DNA of 64,000 bases from Cyanophora paradoxa CCMP329 (taxonomy: Eukaryota; Plantae; Glaucophyta): positions 62,001 through 126,000 of the forward strand of contig QPMI01000059.1 of the NCBI GenBank assembly GCA_004431415.1, written 5' to 3'. Shown here in pieces: positions 55,585-64,000 of the stretch (position 1 is its first letter; each line of letters opens with the position of its first letter). Position numbers and translations under genes: made by a program. The notes under the pieces are model-generated. The model did not search any database and had not been told where the DNA came from. It saw only the letters and a program-made list of their open reading frames with translations.

Positions 55585-58500
55585 ATGAGCTTTAATTACC
55601 CCCTAATCTGGAAACAATTCAAGATGATAATTCCAGCAGCACAAAGCATGTGAACTTTGATAATATAAAAGTTAAAGGTTCAATATCAATCGACCACAGC
55701 TCTGACGGTTCTTCAAAGACTCAATCAAGGGAGCATGCCCTTTCCTTAAATCAGACCGATCCAGACAAGGAGGATGTCAGTATAGCTTTTAGTGTGGGCA
55801 ATGTGAAAGCCAATCAAGTAGCAGAGATCAAGGCAACCAGAAGGAGACCGAGAAAACTCAAACCAAGTGGAACCCATCCAGACATACCATCAAGGTGTGA
55901 TAGTGGCCGTTTGATTTTCAATGTACAAGATGAGCAGGGCAAACAGAACACGGGTTTAAGAATTTATAATGAGGGCAGCACCACAAAAACAGAGGTTCCC
56001 CAAGTATTACAAGTGGGCCATTTCCAGAACACGAATCAAGTCTGTTCAACTAATGATGTATACCCCAAGGATATTACATATGACTTTGCGAGGAATGAGC
56101 CGTTTGGGTTTTTTACTCCAAATGATGTCCACCAGAAAAAGCCATCAATTACCATCAACAGCAGCCCCACTCAACCAGTAGCAATCCATTTACATCCTGA
56201 TCTTGTCGAAATGGATAGGCACCTTTTACCTTTGGTCACAAACACAAAAGACCTTGGAATCAGGACGAGGCAGTGGCGAAATATCCATGGAAGCAATGTG
56301 TATGCCAATGGTGAGAAGCTTGTCAGTGAGAAAACTATAAGGGAAATCTTTGAGCATTACGGTCCTGTTCCTGTCCCCTTTCCGCTTCCGTGGGATCCAC
56401 CTGACCTTACACCAAAGAAGCAACCTGGGAGGGAATACACAGCAGAGGAAAATGTAGCCTTTGGGCAGCACATAGTTAGCTGGGAAAAAGTCAGAAACAA
56501 ACCAGTATTTACAGATTACAAACAACCAGCTGAGGAGCTTTTATCACCAGATGTAAATGTTATACCTCTTGAAGATAGGCGATTTGAAGAGGATAATGTC
56601 TTACCAGATGGTTTCGACCCAAATCTTGTAACTTATGATCGCTACGAGCCTTTTGATGAGCAGCTTTTACCTGATGGTTTCGCACCTGATCTATTCGATT
56701 TCATAGTGGATTGGGAGGACATTCGAAATAAACCACAAACATATCCACCTGATCCCCATGGCCATGATTGGGACGAAATCGAGAATAAACCTGATAGATT
56801 TCCGCCTGTGGATCATAGGCATGATTGGGGAGAAATCGATGGAATACCAGAAGAATTTCCACCAGCAGACCATAGACACACTTGGGACGAAATTGATGTA
56901 CCAGAATTGTTCCCACCAGAAGACCACAGACACGATTGGGATGAAATCGACCAGCAACCTACTTTCGCATCAGCAGGCAATATGTTGACAGACTTTCCAC
57001 TTGGTGTAAGTCTCTATCAAAATATTGAGATTGAAGAAAGATTACAATTAAATGACTACTATGTGAATCGTAGGGATTAGATGCTGGAACCACAATGGAA
57101 GGCGAATTGTATATCAGACCCCAACAAGAGTTAATTTAGTGGCAGCTGGTGGAGGTGTTGAAATAAAAGACACCAAACCAGGTATCTATTTAACAAGTTA
57201 CTACCCTGACGACATCCCAATGACAGCAACATTACCACCTATACCATCTCTTCCAGCCAATCCAATTAATTATGTAGACAAAGATGCGACTCTTCAGATT
57301 AATGTGACTGATGTTAGCGCTTTTGATGGATCAAGACCAAAGCTAATATTTAGCCGAGAACGGCTCTTACCTGATGATTTAGTTGGAGATCGAGACGATT
57401 ACAAGCAATGTGAGATAGGGTGGAAGAAAACGAACTATAATGATGTTGATAAGCAAGGTGTTTTAGAAATAAATCAGAGAGCAGCAGCAAAAAACATTCA
57501 CAACGAAAATATATCACGAGTGGTCACAGAGGATTATTTAGAAAATAAGAATTACATAGATGGAACCGAATTAACTACTATACTCAATGATTATGTAACA
57601 GAAACTGAATATGCCACAACACTGGCAGCAGCATTAATACCCTATGTTACAGAGACTGAGCTTGATGCTGAACTTGCTAAATATTTACCATTGACAGGTG
57701 GCACCATTACAGGTGATCTTACAGTCAATAGAGAACTGGAGGTAAAGGATAAGATTGTTATAGGGAACAATGAGATTTCAAGAGCACCTTTAAACTTCTT
57801 AAATTTCGATGTTGGGGGTTTGTCTCATTGCCTTCTAAGATTTAATGCGAGTTTGGATGATGCTTGGGAAAATAATGTACTGGTCTATGAGCTTGTTAAT
57901 AAGGCAAATGCTAATGTTATTCAAAAACTGATACAGTCAGGAAGTGTAGTATTCAGAAACTCAGGAGGTCCTAATAACAAACCCTACTATGATGTAGCAG
58001 ACACCAATAGCTTCTCTACTTTCCGTTATTCCTTCACTTCTACAAATTCAGCAGGCTATGAAACCATCGATTTCAGTGGAGGGATAACTGTCGCATTTGT
58101 GATTAAGTTAAGAAACGCTGAACCGCTTGAACCTATTTTACAGTTTGATGGGTCTTCTACACTTGGTAGTAATGGGCAAATTTGGAGTATTTCCAAAGGT
58201 CAATGGGGTGATGGTTTCGTTTTGAACATCAGTAAATTAGACCAATCTACTTTCAGGGTTCCACTCACAATTGACGAAGTAGATTCTTGGACAATCTATG
58301 ACATCACAATCACAAGCACATTCGTAAAAGTGGGTGTTAATGCGAAAGAGAGACAGACCTTTTCGATTACAAATGGTTCTCATCTGCCCCGAAATGATGT
58401 AAAGTATGTATATTTGGGAAGTCAATACTCAAAATTTGACCTGTGCGAATTCTATTGTTTTACAAGAGCCTTCACAGCTGCTGAATTATATAATCTACGG

Positions 58501-61500
58501 TGGTATCTTCATCAGTTCTACGGATTTGTAGAAGACTCTTCAAACCCAATACCAAGAGATGATAATAAACTACTCATCAAGACTCAGGAACTACAAGTAA
58601 CAGGGATGAACTTAGCAACCACCAATGGTGTAGTAGCATTATTGACAGATCGCACAACCTCGAATGTTGTAAGAGGATGGTTAAATGAATACACCACTTC
58701 AAATGTTGTGAGGGGTTGGATAGCAGATTCAGAAGCGTTGTTAGATAACTACTTACCATTAACAGGTGGAACAATCACAGGAAATCTTAACGTGAGCAAT
58801 CAAGGAAACACTGACAGCAAACTCAAAATATATGAGAACACTTTCAAATTGGATTATTTGGATGTTTCGACGTTTAATGTCCTTTCAGTTCTTAATGTTT
58901 TCGTTTGGGTCAGAGCAAGGGACAATATGAAAGATGGAACGATAGTGAGTGGACTTGGAAACGGAGCAGGAGACGTTTGGTTTGATAATAACCCTGAGAC
59001 ACCGAATTTTCTTCTTGGGTTTGGTAATGTTGCTGGGAACTCGACACAAATTAAGAATAATGGAGGTCCTAACAACAAACCTTATTTTAATTCGTATCCT
59101 ACAATTAACTTCAACTTTTCAGCCTATAATACGTGGGGGGCTGAGTGTGAACTTTTCATGAGCCAAACTTCACAGCAACATTTAACTGTGTTTTTCGTCG
59201 CGAAATTCACAGATACAGCACCTCCAAATGTAGAGAACGTTTTATCTTTGAGTTATGGAACCACAAATTGGAGCATCAATAAATGGAACAATGGTGCGAC
59301 TTGTTATATTCAGGTTTCTAATGGGGTTGGAGCAGCAGGATTAGGTGAAAGCACTTCACCAAGTAACGCAAAAGCAGAAATTACATACTCTGAAATGACG
59401 ACATGGACACTCTATGAAGTAACAGTCTCTCCTTCCACTGTTACATTTGGGATCAATGGTAGCAATAGAAGTGTTTCAAATGTTACAAACATGTTCCCCA
59501 ATAACCTTGTTACTGAAAGTCGTATTGGCTCTTCAACCTCCAAACAAGATTTAGCAGAGCTAATAGTCATTATTAAACCAACAACAGAAATCGTGAAGGA
59601 CAACATACGAAGTTATCTCCTCCAAAAATACGGCTATCCTGAGCCATTAGACAATCCTTTCGCCAGTGACCCTAACAAACTTCTTCTACAAACAAACAGC
59701 CTGAGAGTTACAGGAAGTCTTATAGCCAACAACCTCCAATATACAGCACCAGCACCAGGAGGTGGTTTTATTATCAAAGATTTCCAAACAAGTTCAAGCC
59801 TTCAAGAGGCAGAAATAACTGCCATCAATGCCCAGATTACACAGATACAAGAAAGCATAGACAGTATCAATACCAATATAGAACCTTTAACCACTTCCAA
59901 TGTAGTTCACGAATGGGTAGCTCCACTGACTGCTTCCAATGTAGTTCAGGAATGGATAGCACCCTTAACGGCATCGAATGTGGTTGAAGAATGGATTGCT
60001 CCATTAACAGCATCGAATGTGGTTAAAGAATGGATAGCAACATTGACTGCTTCCAATGTGGTTCAGGAATGGATAGCCCCGTTGACTTCTTCCAATTTAG
60101 TTCAAGAGTGGTTAGCTCCCAAGGCTGATACAGAAACCGTAAATTCCCGAATAGCCCTGCTGACATCTTCCAATACAGTTCAGGACTGGTTAATCCCCAA
60201 GGCTGATACAGAAACCGTAAATTCCCGAATAGCCCTGCTGACATCTTCCAATACAGTTCAGGGCTGGTTAATCCCCAAGGCTGATACAGAAACCGTAAAT
60301 TCCCAAATAGCCCTGCTGACGTCTTCCAACACAGTTCAGGGCTGGTTAATCCCCAAGGCTGATACAGCAGCTGTAAATTCCCAAATAGCCCTGCTGACAT
60401 CCTCCAACACAGTTCAAGCTTGGTTAGCCCCAAAGGCTGAGACTGCCTTTGTTAATTCCCAAGTAGCCCTGCTGACCTCTTCCAACACAGTTCAGGGCTG
60501 GTTAGCTCCCAAGGCTGATACGGCTACAGTCAATACCCAAATATCTCCACTCACATCCTCAAATATAGTTCAGAGCTGGTTGAGTGACTATTTGCCCAAA
60601 TCAGGAGGGACTATCACATCCAATCTTTCTGTTTCGGGCAGCCTTTACACAAATAACATAAGAAGTGGTAGCCAATCCATAGACTTGGTTCTAATCCAAA
60701 ACTTGATACCTCCCTGGAACGCCTTTCAGCATACACAAATCCACTGTCTACACCAAACTGTGTATTCCACTGGTATCCTTTAAATGAGCCATCAGGCACA
60801 GCAATACCAGAACTTACCAATAGGGCATCTGGGCAACCCAATGCTTTGCCTTCTTGGCTTAAAGTGTCAACTGGGGCCTTCGTGCTGAGTGCCTCTTTAA
60901 TCAATGGGAATAAACTATTTGGGGTTACAGGGGTAACAACCTATTTGGCGCAACCAAGTCCCTACATAGCAAACCCATTCAGCAATGGGATGACAATGTT
61001 CTCTGTGAGAAGGAACTATTCAACCTCTGCCAGTCCTTCAGCTCATCTAACCATTTACAGTGACCCTACATCAAGTAGATATATAAGATTCGGAACCACA
61101 GGAGAAACATCTATTGGAATAACGAGTTATCAAACAAATGGAGTGTATCAAGCAACTTCCACAGCATCCACAGCCACAAGCTTTTACAACAATTGGACTT
61201 TGTTTGACTATCATGTCACTTCAACCGTAACCACAGTAGGCATCAATAGTGTTGATTTATCCCCCACATTATCTGGCAACTACAATTTAAGTGAAGTGGC
61301 AAATCTCACAATCCAAAAGATTGGGATAGAAAGCTTCCAAGGACAAATGGCAGAAATAATCATTTACAATCGGGCTCTATCAGCTGATGAGAAGGGCTTT
61401 ATCCGCTACTATCTATCACAAAAGTATGGTCTGAGCAACCCAATTCCCCAAATCAGCCCAGCCTACTCCTCAAATGAGTTCCTACAGGTGTCCACCCCCA

Positions 61501-62978
61501 ATCTTATACTTAATAAGCTGACTGTGAATAGCAATGTAGCCTTGCCAAATATCCCCACATCAAACACTGTTCAAAACTGGCTTCAACCTTACACCACTTC
61601 AAATGTCGTTCAAACATTGATAGCTGAAAAAATTAATCCACAACTTGTTACTTCAAATGTTACAAGGGACTGGCTCAGCAGCTATCTGCCCCGAACGGGA
61701 GGTACAATAACATCAAACCTTGTAGTTTCAAGCAACCTTTACACTCCTTCAATCATAAATGGTGAGCAGTCCATCAAGTTCTATCCAATTTCTACATCGC
61801 CACCAATTGACCAGCTCCTTTCATATACTAATCCACTTTTCACATCCAATTGTGTGTTCCACTGGTACCCAAATTCAACTGATGTCAATGGCTCGTTGTT
61901 AGAAACAATGGTCAACAGAGCAGAAGGGCTCCCACTTGCCTTACCAAACATGAGCCCTGGGTTCACTTTATCCAAGAACTCAATAAGCAGTGGGACAGCA
62001 TTGAATGGAAATAAATACATGGTCAGCACAAGTAGTTCTTCTGGATATCGGCATCAGTACACCACAGCATTATCAAACATTTTTGCCAGTGGCATGACTG
62101 TATTTTCAGTGAGAAAGCACACTGCCACAGGTAACCAATCACATTTTGTAGTTACCAATGATGACACAAGTGACCCTACATACGGGAGATATATCACACT
62201 GGGAGCAGTTAATGGAAATTCCCTTGGTATTATCACTTCCACATTAACACAAGTCTCAACAACAAGCTTCTTGAATTCTTGGGGGTTGTTCGACTTTCAA
62301 TTAACCCCTACAACACTAACTATGGGGTTGAATGGCGCAGATGTATCTCCCTCAATTACTGGAAGCTTCCTGTGGTCAAACACGCCGACCATAAAAATAA
62401 AGGAACTCTCATTCACTTCCTATGTAGGAGAGATAGCCGAAGTTGTAATTTTTAATCGGGCTTTATCTCCAACTGAAAAGAGTTTCATGAGATATTACTT
62501 TAAGCTCAAATTTGGGCTTGACTTTCCATACACTTATCCCGAAACATACACTCAGCTCTCAGCAAATCTTTTGGTAGACAAGCTCAGTGTGAACACCAAT
62601 GTTTACGCAAGGTCTTTCTATGAGGTGGCCACTGGAACTACAAATAGTCTAAGTAAAATCCCGACATGGAATGAAATCAGGCAACGATTTCTATCTGGGA
62701 CTTTCCAGATGAGTATAGGACCCCTCAACGCCAATAGCCGTGGAGAAGCCACTTATATTTTAAATTGGAACCCAGCATTCAACACGAAACCACCTGTCAT
62801 TAGTTTAGTAATGGAAGGAACCCCTGTGACAACCCAAGCGCTTGGCTATAAATTTGGATTATCGAATTCAAGTTCTACCTCGTCCACAGTTCATGTTACC
62901 TTGCTAACTGATGCGACTGCTACAGCAAATACGACATATACCTTCACAATTCACTGGACAGCATATGGAATTCCGTGA
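55585..62978 (+). CDS. Giant fibre/adhesin-like protein (~2,450 aa if frameshifts near 55600, 57075, 57120 and 60712 are repaired)
   Basis: HxHxWxEI repeats, four YLPxxGGTIT hinges each preceding a LamG/ConA-like domain, 13/26-aa shaft repeats, terminal PAFNTKPPVI...IHWTAYG domain; repair at 60712 gives YTNPL..NCVFHWYP matching the next paralogous domain. Confidence 0.72.
59881..60582 (+). repeat. Coding tandem repeats: six 39-bp (13-aa) units then six 78-bp (26-aa) units
   Basis: APLTASNVVQEWI-type x6, then xPKADTETVNSQIALLTSSNTVQGWL-type x6. Confidence 0.92.
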
Positions 62979-63017
62979 TGAAGCTTTATTTTTCTATCCT
63001 TCTTAATAGAAGAAGTA

Positions 63018-63863
63018 ATGGGCGAATATAATCGAGTCCAATTACCAGTTTACGCATTGGGGAGTCCAGCAATTCATTTTAGACAACATGAAGTGTCTGA
63101 TGAAGTTCGTGGAATGGAATCAACAGAACGGGCAAATTCAGGTAATGCTTTTGACAAGAATAGTATGATTCGTGTAAAAGAACTGAGAGCTGATAAAAAT
63201 TCGGGAGTGGTGAAAACAACTCAACTTCTTGTAACAAATGCGAATTTTCAATCAGCAAATGGACAACCTGATGCGTATGGTGTAGATATCAAAGCATTTG
63301 AATTTGACAATACAAGGGCTGCTGCTGTTATAAGATCAGGAGGAGCAATAATTGGTGGTGGCTGTAGAGTATCGGGAATGCTTGGCTCTTCTGCTGCCTT
63401 TAATGATTTTCCGGACACTTTACCTGAACATGCTGATAATCCCCAAAGAATTCGCATGTTTCTTCCATGCGGGGATTCCCCGTATGCTTTTGGTATCATT
63501 AGAGCTAATGTAAATACGCAAAATGCCACTCAACCCCAAGGTATTGCCGGACCATGGAAATTGGCTAATCAGCTTCTACCAAAGGCAATGTATTCTATGT
63601 GTCGCTCTCAGAATGGAGGATTAGAAGGTTATACTTTCTTTGTTCAAGCAGTAGGCCATGGTGGGCGTGGATGGATCACAAGAAATCCTGCCACACAACC
63701 AAACAGTTTCGATTTTTGGGCATCAGAGGTAGGGGGTTATGATATTTTAATTTTTGGATATCGTAATGATGAAGCAGCATGGGCTGTTGCCAACTGTATA
63801 AATCCTGATTCGCAGGTCTCGAATTTCTACAATGAACCATTTCCGAATGATCCCATTCCGTAA
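63018..63863 (+). CDS. Hypothetical virion/fibre-associated protein
   Basis: 281-aa ATG ORF after the fibre; C-terminal LP...FFVQ...YDILIFGYRND loosely resembles distal domains of viral fibre proteins. Confidence 0.5.
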   Translation: MGEYNRVQLPVYALGSPAIHFRQHEVSDEVRGMESTERANSGNAFDKNSMIRVKELRADKNSGVVKTTQLLVTNANFQSANGQPDAYGVDIKAFEFDNTRAAAVIRSGGAIIGGGCRVSGMLGSSAAFNDFPDTLPEHADNPQRIRMFLPCGDSPYAFGIIRANVNTQNATQPQGIAGPWKLANQLLPKAMYSMCRSQNGGLEGYTFFVQAVGHGGRGWITRNPATQPNSFDFWASEVGGYDILIFGYRNDEAAWAVANCINPDSQVSNFYNEPFPNDPIP

Positions 63864-63882
63864 TTATGTTTCAGTATATTAA

Positions 63883-64000
63883 ATGGCAGCACCAGCACCA
63901 CCAGAGCGCATTTTAACAGCGCAACTATCATTAGCTGCTCCAGCTAACCACGTCTTACAGCATGCTATTATTGATAATATTGATGGTCTCGAATCCACAG
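63883..64000 (+). CDS. Start of next element A gene (truncated by window)
   Basis: ATG after TATATTAA, open to the window end (MAAPAPPERIL...). Confidence 0.5.
   Translation, partial: MAAPAPPERILTAQLSLAAPANHVLQHAIIDNIDGLEST

Larger units (their letters stand above)
25516..64000. mobile_element. Endogenous Polinton-like virus / Maverick-type element A (left end approximate, right end beyond window)
   Basis: Abrupt switch from GC-rich intron-rich DNA to AT-richer, densely packed intron-less ORFs with pPolB, rve integrase, A32-like ATPase, capsid and penton homologues. Confidence 0.92.

Noticed and set aside
59881-62978. Diversity-generating retroelement acting on the fibre
   Set aside because: No reverse transcriptase and no template/variable repeat pair differing at adenines in the window
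25516-64000. Bacterial prophage or contaminant chimera
   Set aside because: Gene set (pPolB, rve integrase, A32 ATPase, penton) is Polinton-type, no Shine-Dalgarno pattern is evident, and the junction has a structured terminus; read support still needs checking

Overview
Two very different compartments. 1-~25,510 is GC-rich, intron-dense eukaryotic nuclear DNA. It carries an F-box-like gene, a bestrophin-family channel, an RNF126/RNF115-type RING-H2 E3 ligase, a plastid/thylakoid-lumen FKBP, an NHL-repeat protein and a GPS(GAIN)-motif surface protein; Phe-initiated transit peptides suggest a glaucophyte- or red-alga-like host (inference). From ~25,516 to the window end is an AT-richer, intron-less endogenous Polinton-like virus (element A, at least 27 kb excluding the insert, right end outside the window). 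It starts with a 28-bp-stem hairpin and encodes an S-adenosylmethionine decarboxylase, rve integrase, a protein-primed PolB whose proofreading domain is degenerate, a second PolA-like (TVpol) polymerase/primase-SF3 helicase, two endonucleases, packaging ATPase, major capsid, two penton-like proteins, a patatin-discoidin fusion and a ~2,450-aa lectin-bearing fibre. A second, complete 11.3-kb Polinton-like virus (element B, 41,126-52,413; ~243-bp TIRs, 6-bp TSD ATAATA) is inserted inside one penton gene of A; removing it restores that ORF exactly in frame. Several viral genes are split by apparent single-base losses in homopolymers, most likely long-read consensus errors. All functional calls come from reading motifs by eye; no searches were run.
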